From: Nostoc sp. DedSLP01
GTDB lineage: Bacteria > Cyanobacteriota > Cyanobacteriia > Cyanobacteriales > Nostocaceae
Direction: 5' to 3'
DNA length: 64,000 nucleotides
NCBI GenBank assembly: GCA_034530875.2
Contig: JAVRCJ020000007.1
Location: forward strand, 32,001 to 96,000
Of this stretch, positions 9,595-18,989 are shown in pieces (positions within the stretch are counted from its first letter, which is position 1; each line of letters opens with the position of its first letter). Under the pieces are notes generated by a model. It was not told the origin of the DNA. It did no database searches and worked only from the letters and a program-made list of their open reading frames with translations. Both the position numbers and the translations under genes were made by a program.

Positions 9595-12500
9595 TCACTC
9601 TGCCTCACCAATGAGGGTAAATGCTGCCCAATCTTTGGGATTTGGATGATTTTTCATAGTCGTCAGCATTGCCTGTCTTAATGCTTGAGCTTTATCCAGT
9701 TTGCGTGAAAGCCAGTTGCGATAAAATTCACTCATCAACTGAGCCGTAGGTGCATCAGGTACTGACCACAAGGAAACAATCACACTGGGTGTACCAGCCG
9801 TAATCAAGGAACGCGATAGACCAATTACACCATCACCTGTGATTTTACCCCGCCCAGTATCGCAAGCACTCAAGACAATTAACTCTGCATTGAGGTTCAA
9901 GTCTAAAATTTCATTAGCCGTAAGTAAACCATCGTTGAGTTCACCATTGCCAGATGGAGCAAGTGCGATCGCTCCTGGTACGCCTAATCCTTTAAAATCA
10001 TCTAATAACCCATGTGTTGCTAAATGAATAATCCTCGCTTGCGATAGCTTGGGCAAGATTTTAGCTTTTATGGCTTGATTACCTGTAAATGCCTTAGTTT
10101 TAAATAGTTTGGCAATTTCTTTTGCTTCCTGTTCTGCTGCTGGTAAGTTAGACAACTGCTGAGGTAAATCGCCAAGTTTTGTGGTGACTTTAGGCATAGT
10201 GGGATTACCAATAACCAATGCTGCTTGCAAATCTGCGGGCTTTGGTTTGAGGCTTTGTTGATGGGTTAAATCTAAAACTTGAATTGCAGGTGCAGTGAGA
10301 ATTGTATGCTTTTCAATCAAATATTTACCGTTAGCATCTTGTAAGGCGGGAAAGGGAACTAGAAACAATTGACCTTGAGGAATGAAGATAACATGAGAGT
10401 CTGGATCTTGAGGGAGGAGATCGGCGATGGGATCGATCAGTAATTTGTGTAGTTGCTGTGATCGTTTTTTCTGGTCTGCTGCATCAACTACAGGCTCTAT
10501 CTCAATGCTTGCACGTCCTCTAGCACCAATGGAGTCACGACTGCTAGTAACAAGTTTTGCTAGAGAGGTGTTTAAAGATTTTTTGAGGTCAATTGAGCGA
10601 AACTTTACCTCACCTGTAGGCTGGATGACCCAAATGTAGAGGTCTTCATCGGAAACAATAGAGTATTCAACTACAGAGGCATTTTGCATTAAAGCAATTT
10701 GTTTGATTTGCTCAAGATTAACGATGAATTTTTTTTGCAGAGATTCAGGATTCTGCTTTTGAAGATCGGGGGATAACCGGGATGCTAATAACTCAATAAA
10801 TGCTTTTGCTCGTCCCCTTTCAGCTACTTCTAGCGCCTGATTAGTTTTTTGTTGAGCAACCAAAGCCCTTTGCAGGTTTCGGTAAGTGGATTCTTGAGTA
10901 TCAAAGATGGAAATTTTATTTTGATCGTTTAATCCAGGTCGCAAAGATTCCCAAATTTCAACAGACTCTTGTAGGTTTTTTTCAGCATCGGCATACTGTT
11001 TCAAATTATAGTAAGTCATGCCAGTATTGTTAAGAGTATTGCCTTCACCTGAACGATCGCCGATTTGTTTAAAAATGGCTAAAGCTTGCTGATAGCATTC
11101 CAAGGCTTTGGGGTACTGTCCCAGATTGTCGTAAATCAAGCCAATGTTGTTGAGGATAGTGCCTTCATCTGAACGCTCACCGATTTGTCTGATAATGACT
11201 AATGCTTGCTGATAGTATTCCAAAGCTTTTGGGTACTGTCCTAGACTGTAGTCAATTCCGCCGATGTTGTTGAGGATAGCGCCTTCACCTGAACGATCAC
11301 CAATTTGTTGACGAATGGCTAAAGCTTGCTGATAGTAATCCAAGGCTTTGGGGTACTGTCCCAGGCTGTGGTAAATTCCGCCAATGTTGTTGAAGGTAGT
11401 GCCAACGCCTGAACGATCGCCGATTTGTTGACGAATGGCTAAAGCTCGCTGATGGGATTCCAAGGCTTTGGGGTACTGTCCCAGATTGTGGTAAATCAAG
11501 CCAATGTTATTGAGCGTAGTGCCTTCACCTAAGCGATCGCCGATTTGTTGACGAATGGCTAAAGCTCGCTGATGGGATTCCAAGGCTTTGGGGTACTGTC
11601 CAAGGCTATCGTAAATCAAGCCAATGTTGTTGAGCGTAGTGCCTTCACCTAAGCGATCGCCAATTTGTTGACGAATGGCTAAAGCTTGCTGATAGTAATC
11701 CAAAGCTTTGGGGTACTGTCCCAGATTGTTGTAAATTCCGCCAATGTTATTGAGTGTAGTGCCTTCACCTAAGCGATCGCCAATTTGTTTAAAAATGGCT
11801 AAAGCTTGCTGATAGTGATCCAAGGCTTTGGGGTACTGTTTCAGATTGTCGTAAATTCCGCCAATATTGTTGAGGGTAGCACTTTCACCTGAATGATCGC
11901 CGATTTGTTTAAAAATGGCTAAAGCTTGCTGATAGTATTCCAAGGCTTTGGGGTACTGTCCCAGACGGGAGTAGATTCCGCCAACGTTGTTGAGTGTAAT
12001 GCCTTCACCTAAGCGATCGCCAATTTGTTGACGAATGGCTAAAGCTCGCTGATAGTATTCCAAGGCTTTGGGGTACTGTCCCAAACGGGAGTAAATCAAG
12101 CCAATGTTGTTGAGGGTAGTGCCTTCACCTGAGCGATTGCCGATTTGTTTAAAAATGACTAATGCTTGCTGATAGTACTGCAAGGCTTTGGGATACTGAC
12201 TTAAGTTGCTGTAAGATACGCCAATATCGTTGAGCGTTCTAACTTCTTGAGTGCGATCGCCTACTTCCCTCCAAATTACCAAAGCTTGTTGATAAAACTC
12301 CACCGCTTGGGAAAACTCAGCCTGACCATAGTAAATATTACCAATATTGTAGAGAGTAACACCTTCACTCTTGCGGTCTTTAGCTTGTAGATATAAAGCC
12401 AAAGCTTTTTTAAATGCCTCTAGTGCTGTTTGAAACTGTCTTTGCTCTAATTTTTGTTTACCCTCTATTAGCAGTCTATCTGCCTCATCTTTCTGATTTT

Positions 12501-12627
12501 CAGCAGTTTGTGCCTGTGTCAAAATCTGATTGACAAAGATTGCGTTTGCTGGTGTGCCTCCCAAAGTTGTGAAGCACAAAAGCAGGCTGGCACAAAATAG
12601 ACTGAAGCGATCGCGGTCTAAAAGCAT
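9595..12627 (-). CDS. TPR-CHAT protease 2 (signal peptide, about 12 TPR units)
   Basis: Leader ending PANA; 120-bp tandem repeats; IHLATHG, LSACDTG and PKDWAAF. Confidence 0.93.
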   Translation of the reverse strand: MLLDRDRFSLFCASLLLCFTTLGGTPANAIFVNQILTQAQTAENQKDEADRLLIEGKQKLEQRQFQTALEAFKKALALYLQAKDRKSEGVTLYNIGNIYYGQAEFSQAVEFYQQALVIWREVGDRTQEVRTLNDIGVSYSNLSQYPKALQYYQQALVIFKQIGNRSGEGTTLNNIGLIYSRLGQYPKALEYYQRALAIRQQIGDRLGEGITLNNVGGIYSRLGQYPKALEYYQQALAIFKQIGDHSGESATLNNIGGIYDNLKQYPKALDHYQQALAIFKQIGDRLGEGTTLNNIGGIYNNLGQYPKALDYYQQALAIRQQIGDRLGEGTTLNNIGLIYDSLGQYPKALESHQRALAIRQQIGDRLGEGTTLNNIGLIYHNLGQYPKALESHQRALAIRQQIGDRSGVGTTFNNIGGIYHSLGQYPKALDYYQQALAIRQQIGDRSGEGAILNNIGGIDYSLGQYPKALEYYQQALVIIRQIGERSDEGTILNNIGLIYDNLGQYPKALECYQQALAIFKQIGDRSGEGNTLNNTGMTYYNLKQYADAEKNLQESVEIWESLRPGLNDQNKISIFDTQESTYRNLQRALVAQQKTNQALEVAERGRAKAFIELLASRLSPDLQKQNPESLQKKFIVNLEQIKQIALMQNASVVEYSIVSDEDLYIWVIQPTGEVKFRSIDLKKSLNTSLAKLVTSSRDSIGARGRASIEIEPVVDAADQKKRSQQLHKLLIDPIADLLPQDPDSHVIFIPQGQLFLVPFPALQDANGKYLIEKHTILTAPAIQVLDLTHQQSLKPKPADLQAALVIGNPTMPKVTTKLGDLPQQLSNLPAAEQEAKEIAKLFKTKAFTGNQAIKAKILPKLSQARIIHLATHGLLDDFKGLGVPGAIALAPSGNGELNDGLLTANEILDLNLNAELIVLSACDTGRGKITGDGVIGLSRSLITAGTPSVIVSLWSVPDAPTAQLMSEFYRNWLSRKLDKAQALRQAMLTTMKNHPNPKDWAAFTLIGEAE
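11030..12370 (-). repeat. In-frame tandem array of 120-bp TPR-coding units
   Basis: caaggctttggggtactgtc recurs every 120 bp (11101, 11341, 11461, 11581...). Related arrays lie at about 6010-6790 and 14520-15500. Confidence 0.95.
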
Positions 12628-12837
12628 ATAGCCGTTTTCATTTACATTAAATACTGAATATATTACGCTCTTTCAGTTGAAAAACCCTATTTTTCAGGCT
12701 ATAGTAAGATTTTTAGATAAAACAAGGTTAAACAAAGCATAGATTAATTGTTGCAAGCCAATGCATTAATAATGTAAGGTGATGCATTAGCATTGTGTCA
12801 GGCGATGTATTGGCATTGCATGAGGTTGCGTTCTGGA

Positions 12838-15756
12838 CTACAATCCATTGCCAATTAAAATAAACGGTGCCCAATAGTAAGGATGACTTAGGCGATCGCT
12901 TACATTTGATGGTAAGGCTTCTATTTCAATACTATTCCCGCGTTGTTTACCTTTAGTATTTTTGCTAGTATTAATCAAAGCTATTTGTGCCTGTCTTAAA
13001 GCTTCGGTTTTGGTGAGATTTCCTAGTTTCAGCTTGGCATAAAATACATCCATTAAAGCTTGAGTACCACCATCATTAACTGACCACAAAGAAGCAACAG
13101 CAGCTCTTGCACCAGCGTTTTGCATCAAGTAGCCAAAGCCTAAAATCTCTTCGCCATTGCCTAATGTTCCACCTAATCCAGTTTCGCAGGCGCTCAACAC
13201 CATTAAATCAACGTTGGTTAAAAACCAAGTGTTTTGGATGTCTCGCAGAGTTACTCTGTCGCCATTTCCAAATAAAATAAATGAATCTTCTGGTAAACCC
13301 GGAACAAAAGCCGCATGAGTCGCAAAATGTACCACAGAGTTTTGATTCATTTGGGGAATTGTAGCGGTTGTGCTAAAGTCTTTATCTAACAGTTTGGTTG
13401 TGCCAGAAATAGCTGCTTCCAGACTGGCAACTTCTTTAGCAGCAAATGGTAATCCAGTCAACTTAAAGTGTTGATTACCTACTTGAAATTCATAATGCCC
13501 TTGAGTAAAAGCACCTGCCAAAACTTTTAGATGTGCTTGCGGTTTTGTAGTAAAGTCAGTTAAAGATGCAGCAGTGATATTATTTACTCGCAAACGTTCT
13601 ACTAACCATTGTTTGCCATCGTACAAAGCTGCTAAAGGAATGTAGCGCAATTGCCCATCGGGAGCATAAATAATAGTTTTAGCATCTGCTTTTTGCAAGT
13701 CATTTTCTAGAGGTTTGATTAACCAATCATATAGTTGCTTTGCTGGCTGTTTTGCATCACTATTTGGGTTTTGCAAAGCACTGCGGAAGTTAACAATTGC
13801 TTGGTTCAAATCTTGCCGTTTGACAGCTACAGTCCGCCGGATGGGTGGCGATCCTGGTGTTGCTAAAATTAGTTCTAAACGGTCTTCGAGAATTAAAGGA
13901 TAAAGCAGGACGGCGTTTTGTTCTAATCGTTTGAGGTTGTCAGCAATGTTTCTCAATCGTTGCAAACTTACGTTTTGGTCTTTAGCAGTTTGGCGTAATT
14001 GTTGGATATAAGCAACCACATCTGCACGATGGGTAAATTCTTCAAACATTTTGACGATTTGTCCTTGCTGGGTTGTGAGTTGAGCAAAACGTTGTTTTTG
14101 TGTAGAAGTTTGTTGAGCATAAGGAATTTTTTGTAGTTCGGTAAGTTCCTTGCCGATTTCAATCGCTTGATTTAAAAGCTGATTGTAGCTGTCGGTAATT
14201 TTTTGTTCTGGCGGTAAATTATCTACTCCCTGTTGTGTCTGCTGATTACCCCGGACATTGCGGAGGTATTCTTGTAATTCTTGTACTTTCAATAAATCTA
14301 AAACTTGTTGTGCCTCAAGTACCCGGTCTTTTTGCAGTAACAAGTCAGCAAGACGGCGATAGGTGTCAGCAACAGTTTTTGTATATGATTCCTGTTGTTC
14401 TTTGGGTAGTACTCGCAAATCTTGCCGAATCTTTTCTGTGACGTTCACAGATTGCTTAAAGAAAACAATCGCCAGTTCAGGCTGTTTCTGTGCATCTAAG
14501 AGAAAACCAATATTACTGAGGTTAGTGCCTTCGCCAGAGCGATCGCCGATTTGTTTAATAATCGCTAAAGCTTGCTGATAGTACTCCAAGGCTTTCGGGT
14601 ACTGTCCCAGACGGTAGTAAATTCCGCCAATGTTGTTGAGGCTACCGCCTTCACCAGAGCGATCGCCAATTTGTTTAAAAATGGCTAAAGCTTGCTGAGA
14701 GTAATCCAAGGCTTTGAGGTACTGTCCCAGTCTGCTGTAAATTACACCAATGTTGTCGAGGGTAGTGCCTTCACCAGAGAGATTGCCGATTTGTTTAATA
14801 ATCGCTAAAGCTTGCTGATAGTAATCCAAAGCTTTGAGGTACTGTCCCAGACGGGAGTAAATAAAGCCAATGTTGTTGAGGGTAGCGCCTTCATTAGAGA
14901 GATCGCCGATTTGTTTAAAAATGGCTAAAGCTTGCTGAGAGTAATCCAAGGCTTTGGGGTACTCTCCCAGTTTGTTGTAAATTACACCAATGTTGTCGAG
15001 GGTAGTGCCTTCATTAGAGAGATTGCCGATTTGTTTAAAAATGGCTAAAGCTTGCTGATAGTACTCCAAGGCTTTCGGATACTGTCCCAGACTGGAGTAA
15101 ATAAAGCCAATATTGTTGAGGGTAGTCCCTTCAGTTGAGCGATCGCCGATTTGTTTAATAATGGCTAAAGCTTGCTGATAGTACTTCAATGCTTTCGGGT
15201 ACTGTCCGAGACGGGAGTAAATTCCGCCAATGTTGTTGAGGGTAGTGCTTTCGCCAGAGCGATCGCCGATTTGTTGACGAATGGCTAAAGCTTGCTGAAA
15301 GTACTCCAAGGCTTTGGGGTACTGGCTTAAGTTGCTGTAAGATATGCCAATATTGTTGAGTGTTGTAGCTTCTTGAGTGCGATCGCCCATTTCCCTGCAA
15401 ATTACTAAAGCTTGTTCATAAAAAGCGATCGCTTGAGAAAATCTAGCTTGATAGTAGTAGACATTGCCAATACTGTAGAGTGTATCGCCTTCACCTTTGC
15501 GGTCTTTAGCTTGCCGATATAAAGCCAAAGCTTTTTCAAATGCTTCTAGTGCTGCTGGAAATTGATTTTGCTCTAGTTTTTGTTTACCGTCTTTCAGCAG
15601 TCTGTCTGCCTCATCCTTCTGATTTTGAGTAGTTTGTGCTTGTGCCAAAGTCAAGTTTGCAACAACCGCAACGGCTTTGAGTTCTCCTGTGACAGCAAAT
15701 GACAACAGCACAGTTACAATCATAACTCTCAAGCGAGCAACACTACTTAGAAGCAT
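12838..15756 (-). CDS. TPR-CHAT protease 3 (signal peptide, about 9 TPR units, coiled-coil linker)
   Basis: VHFATHA, LSACETG and SHPYYWAPFILIGNGL; a different CHAT subtype from proteases 1 and 2. Confidence 0.93.
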   Translation of the reverse strand: MLLSSVARLRVMIVTVLLSFAVTGELKAVAVVANLTLAQAQTTQNQKDEADRLLKDGKQKLEQNQFPAALEAFEKALALYRQAKDRKGEGDTLYSIGNVYYYQARFSQAIAFYEQALVICREMGDRTQEATTLNNIGISYSNLSQYPKALEYFQQALAIRQQIGDRSGESTTLNNIGGIYSRLGQYPKALKYYQQALAIIKQIGDRSTEGTTLNNIGFIYSSLGQYPKALEYYQQALAIFKQIGNLSNEGTTLDNIGVIYNKLGEYPKALDYSQQALAIFKQIGDLSNEGATLNNIGFIYSRLGQYLKALDYYQQALAIIKQIGNLSGEGTTLDNIGVIYSRLGQYLKALDYSQQALAIFKQIGDRSGEGGSLNNIGGIYYRLGQYPKALEYYQQALAIIKQIGDRSGEGTNLSNIGFLLDAQKQPELAIVFFKQSVNVTEKIRQDLRVLPKEQQESYTKTVADTYRRLADLLLQKDRVLEAQQVLDLLKVQELQEYLRNVRGNQQTQQGVDNLPPEQKITDSYNQLLNQAIEIGKELTELQKIPYAQQTSTQKQRFAQLTTQQGQIVKMFEEFTHRADVVAYIQQLRQTAKDQNVSLQRLRNIADNLKRLEQNAVLLYPLILEDRLELILATPGSPPIRRTVAVKRQDLNQAIVNFRSALQNPNSDAKQPAKQLYDWLIKPLENDLQKADAKTIIYAPDGQLRYIPLAALYDGKQWLVERLRVNNITAASLTDFTTKPQAHLKVLAGAFTQGHYEFQVGNQHFKLTGLPFAAKEVASLEAAISGTTKLLDKDFSTTATIPQMNQNSVVHFATHAAFVPGLPEDSFILFGNGDRVTLRDIQNTWFLTNVDLMVLSACETGLGGTLGNGEEILGFGYLMQNAGARAAVASLWSVNDGGTQALMDVFYAKLKLGNLTKTEALRQAQIALINTSKNTKGKQRGNSIEIEALPSNVSDRLSHPYYWAPFILIGNGL

Positions 15757-15974
15757 ATTGTCAACTCGATTATTTTACATAACCGCAAATTCCATTAAAT
15801 AGATACTATATTTCGCTGAAAGTTTACGGAAATTTATTCAATCAGCTTCTAATTCGGTATTTCTTGCTAAACCACATCATAAAAATCTATCTGTGAGCGA
15901 TAAAAACAAACATCAAATTCCATGAAAAAATTGACTTGCTCTCAAATCAGGACAAGCAGCTACCCATCTACGCC

Positions 15975-16151
15975 TCATTTACCCTTCTCCTGAGTTGGCG
16001 AAATTATCCCTTCTGCCTGCGCTTGCTTAACTGCTCGTTTCAGAATTAACGCCGCCATTTGTGACAAAGAACGCTCTTCTGCATCTGCAAGTTGTTGCAG
16101 AGCTTCTTTGTCTTCTTCTTCCATATAAATACTTACTACAACTTTCCCCAT
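15975..16151 (-). CDS. Ribbon-helix-helix (CopG/Arc-like) regulator, 58 aa, absent from the ORF track
   Basis: Hand translation MGKVVVSIYMEEEDKEALQQLADAEERSLSQMAALILKRAVKQAQAEGIISPTQEKGK shows a beta-strand plus two-helix RHH pattern. It is divergent from the 16324 gene. Confidence 0.85.
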   Translation of the reverse strand: MGKVVVSIYMEEEDKEALQQLADAEERSLSQMAALILKRAVKQAQAEGIISPTQEKGK

Positions 16152-16252
16152 GTGACTATCTTATGCTTTTCTATGTTTTTTTATATTAAATCACTAAAAA
16201 CAAATAAATTTACATAAAACTACATAATATTTATGTATAATTACTGATAAGT

Positions 16253-16296
16253 CAAAAGCCAGCGCTCAACTTTCTCAGGGCCGACGCTGACTTTTG
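16253..16296 (+). promoter_or_regulatory. Leader hairpin upstream of the 16324 gene
   Basis: caaaagccagcg ... cgctgacttttg (11/12 paired), downstream of TATAAT at about 16236 and upstream of a GGAG RBS. Confidence 0.5.
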
Positions 16297-16323
16297 GCTC
16301 CCTCTATACAGGAGACATATTCC

Positions 16324-16866
16324 ATGTTAAAGCCTGTTTGCGACAAAACAGATGAAGAAAGAGGCTATCACCAAGCCTTAAATGACTTCGGTATTGCTGA
16401 ACTATTGGCAAAACTTGGCGATTATTGCCAGCAGCCAGAACAAGAAAGTTTAGCAGCACTGTTGATTTCTCAACTAACCCAGAGTATCGATACTGAACTG
16501 ATTGCTAATTATTTGACTGCGATGGGCTATGCGTCACTGGAAGCGATCGCGCTCAATCATCAGCATCCACTCCCAGGATTAATTAACCAGAAATTTACTC
16601 CAGAGTCTGTTAATTTACCCGATAATTTTCCGAATACAGCGAAGACACCCCGCTTTTTGTATGGCGATAAATTACGCTGGCTGAGTTTTGATACCGACTG
16701 GGGAATAGTTATTGGCAGATTTTACAGCTTTGCTCCGCATCTTTGTTGCTGGAGTTGGTGTTACCTAATTTGGTTAAGCAAAGACAGTCCCAGTGCAGCT
16801 TGGATATCTGCCGATATCGCTTGGGAAGAGGATCTAGAACCACTGGAAGGAGAACCAGTGTTATGA
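16324..16866 (+). CDS. Hypothetical protein (C-terminus resembles cyanobacterial DUF1392/SH3-like beta domains)
   Basis: AGGAGA precedes ATG 16324; PRFLYGDKLRW...WGIVIG...WCYLIWL. Confidence 0.65.
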   Translation: MLKPVCDKTDEERGYHQALNDFGIAELLAKLGDYCQQPEQESLAALLISQLTQSIDTELIANYLTAMGYASLEAIALNHQHPLPGLINQKFTPESVNLPDNFPNTAKTPRFLYGDKLRWLSFDTDWGIVIGRFYSFAPHLCCWSWCYLIWLSKDSPSAAWISADIAWEEDLEPLEGEPVL

Positions 16867-17168
16867 CTAATCCCCGTCCTCTGGAAGCACGAGAGCAAAA
16901 TTTGATTGATTTTTACAGCGATTGTCAACTAGGAATGACCCCCAAGAAATTTTATGCCAAATGGGATGTTAATCATGAGGCGATCGCTCGGATTTGCTCT
17001 CGTTCACTTTCGACTGTTCGGCGCTGGTTCTGTAAAGGGCGCAACTACCATAGTCCGATGCCCTGTGATTTACGCCATCTTGCCTTGATGGATTTTCTAC
17101 TAGAACACTTCGAGGAAATTCCAGAAGAATTTCTGAAGATGCTTTGTTTTCCTAACCCAAGGAAGTAG
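16863..17168 (+). CDS. Helix-turn-helix domain protein
   Basis: ATGA overlap with the upstream stop; HEAIARICSRSLSTVRRWF is an HTH motif. Confidence 0.8.
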   Translation: MTNPRPLEAREQNLIDFYSDCQLGMTPKKFYAKWDVNHEAIARICSRSLSTVRRWFCKGRNYHSPMPCDLRHLALMDFLLEHFEEIPEEFLKMLCFPNPRK

Positions 17169-17298
17169 GAATTGAAAAGTTGACGGTGAGCGAAGTCGAA
17201 CTGTCAACTAATTGCAATATCATCCTGACATTTTCTTACCAGCCACTCTCACAGTAGGGTGGCTTTTATCTATGACACAAGTATTTTGAGGAGTTATT

Positions 17299-17529
17299 TT
17301 GACCTACATTGAGAGATTAAGCCCTTGGTGTATAGTTCGCCATCTTCCTAATATGCAGCATCAAATTGTTGGACGTTTTCGCCGTCGCAGTGAGGCAGAA
17401 TCTCACACACAAGCACTGCGGCGGCTCATTCCCAGTGCAACTTTCACAATAATTTTTAATCCGGCAGTAGAACTGTCAGAGCAAATTACCCTACAGTTAG
17501 GTCATTTGGGAAATAAATTAAATTTGTAG
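17299..17529 (+). CDS. Small hypothetical protein
   Basis: GAGGAG RBS before a TTG start; PWCIVRHLP...VGRFRRRSEAE. Preceded by the hairpin agccac...gtggct. Confidence 0.65.
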   Translation: MTYIERLSPWCIVRHLPNMQHQIVGRFRRRSEAESHTQALRRLIPSATFTIIFNPAVELSEQITLQLGHLGNKLNL

Positions 17530-17647
17530 TGAGCCTGTTTGAGAGGATCTGACGCTCTTAACGTCGCTAACGCTAAGGCACTAAGGCATTTCAATTATTT
17601 GACAAAAAGCGATCGCTTTATAGTATTCGATTACATTGGCTTGTTAG

Positions 17648-18151
17648 TTAATAACGCTTCTGAGAGTTTGCCATCTCAGCAAAAGTCATAAAACACCTTT
17701 GACACCAACCATCCACCCATAACGCTGGAATCTTAAATCTTGCCCCACAGTTTGGACATTCTGACAGCAAGCTTAACTTGTGGCTCGCGCATCCCTGCGT
17801 TACCTTCAACAGCCATTCAATCTTGTGACATGGTGACTCAGTATAACAAGCAGCACATAACCGAATCGGCTCCATTTTCATTCCCACCCCAGCAGGTGGT
17901 AACATCTGCACTAACCTATCGACTTCAACACCCACTACAACAGCCAATGCTTCCAACTGCTGCTGAGAAGGAGGTGGATTAAACCGAAACTTTTCCCAAC
18001 GTGCGATCGCACCCCCAAGTCCTGCTGCTTTACCTAAGCCAGTTGGGGTTAAATCATTTGCCCGTCGAAAGCGCCCCAAAAAATGACTTAGGCTTTCTCC
18101 TTGATATGGTTGAACTTTAAACAGCCAAGGCTTAATATTTTCCACTTCCAT
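17648..18151 (-). CDS. tniQ: TniQ (short V-K type)
   Basis: PYQGESLSHFLGRFRRAN, RWEKFRFNPPPS, and zinc ligands CAAC...CPNC...CQRC. Confidence 0.96.
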   Translation of the reverse strand: MEVENIKPWLFKVQPYQGESLSHFLGRFRRANDLTPTGLGKAAGLGGAIARWEKFRFNPPPSQQQLEALAVVVGVEVDRLVQMLPPAGVGMKMEPIRLCAACYTESPCHKIEWLLKVTQGCASHKLSLLSECPNCGARFKIPALWVDGWCQRCFMTFAEMANSQKRY

Positions 18152-18987
18152 CACTTGTACTCAGCAGCTACTTCCTTCAAAGTTTCCAAGTCAATTTTTT
18201 GCAGTCCCTTTTTTAAAGCCCGGATTGCAGCCTCTCGGAGAATCATATCCATCAAACCGATATAACCTCCAGTTGCTTCCCCTAACGTCTTCAACATCGT
18301 CTTACTCGAAAGGTTGGAAGCAACTGGCAATCTTAGTATTTGCTTCTCCCAAATATCCACCGTTCGCTTAAAATCTTCCCCTGACATCTTTCCAAAACGG
18401 TGACAAGATCGAAAACGGTTATAAACCTGCTCATCCCGTTTAATCACGGCATCTAAGCGATCGGTTCCTACTAAAATCACTGCTATTTCCAACCTGTCAA
18501 AAATATCACGCACTTCCGCAAAAGTTTTGGGCTTAAAGCGGTCAGCTTCATCAATAATCAACATCTCTACCCCGCAACCTTTGAGAACCCGCAGTGTTCT
18601 ATCTCGAATTTCTGCCACTGTTCCTTTAGTTACTTGATATTTCAAATGCTCCATAATTACCCCAAATAATTCCTTAGCACCGCACTCCTGGGGAATTTGG
18701 ATATAAGCTACAGGTACAGTTGGGGGTTTTCCTGCAACTTGAGAGGGTTTATTCCTAAGCCTATAGGCATCACAACCCATTGTTTTACCTGTTCTCGACT
18801 CACCTACCACACGCCCAGATTGCCTTGATTGGCGCTTTCCTTCGAGCCAATCATGGAGCATTTGCACTTGTTCAAGTGGGACATAACCTTTACGATTTAA
18901 TCGTTGAATCTCCGCCTGTAATTTTTCACTATTAACAGGAATATCACCCAATTGTTGAGCAACTGTTTGAGCTTCTTGTAAAGTCAT
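18151..18987 (-). CDS. tnsC: TnsC AAA+ ATPase
   Basis: Walker A GESRTGKT, Walker B MLIIDEADR, VILVGTDRL. Confidence 0.96.
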   Translation of the reverse strand: MTLQEAQTVAQQLGDIPVNSEKLQAEIQRLNRKGYVPLEQVQMLHDWLEGKRQSRQSGRVVGESRTGKTMGCDAYRLRNKPSQVAGKPPTVPVAYIQIPQECGAKELFGVIMEHLKYQVTKGTVAEIRDRTLRVLKGCGVEMLIIDEADRFKPKTFAEVRDIFDRLEIAVILVGTDRLDAVIKRDEQVYNRFRSCHRFGKMSGEDFKRTVDIWEKQILRLPVASNLSSKTMLKTLGEATGGYIGLMDMILREAAIRALKKGLQKIDLETLKEVAAEYK

Positions 18988-18989
18988 TT

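Noticed and set aside
11030..12370. Regular repeats as a CRISPR array
   Set aside because: The 120-bp units are similar along their whole length and in frame within a TPR gene; there are no unique spacers.
12753..12820. Imperfect hairpin after CHAT3
   Set aside because: No U-tract and weak pairing; not enough to call a terminator or an RNA.
4197..14578. Short plus-strand ORFs (4197, 4796, 4997, 7079, 7678, 8823, 9839, 10427, 13715, 14235, 14363)
   Set aside because: They are antisense shadows of long genes. The similarity of 4796 and 9839 only mirrors the CHAT duplication.
16743..16862. N-terminal extension of the HTH ORF
   Set aside because: It overlaps the upstream gene; ATG 16863 with an ATGA overlap is the better start.
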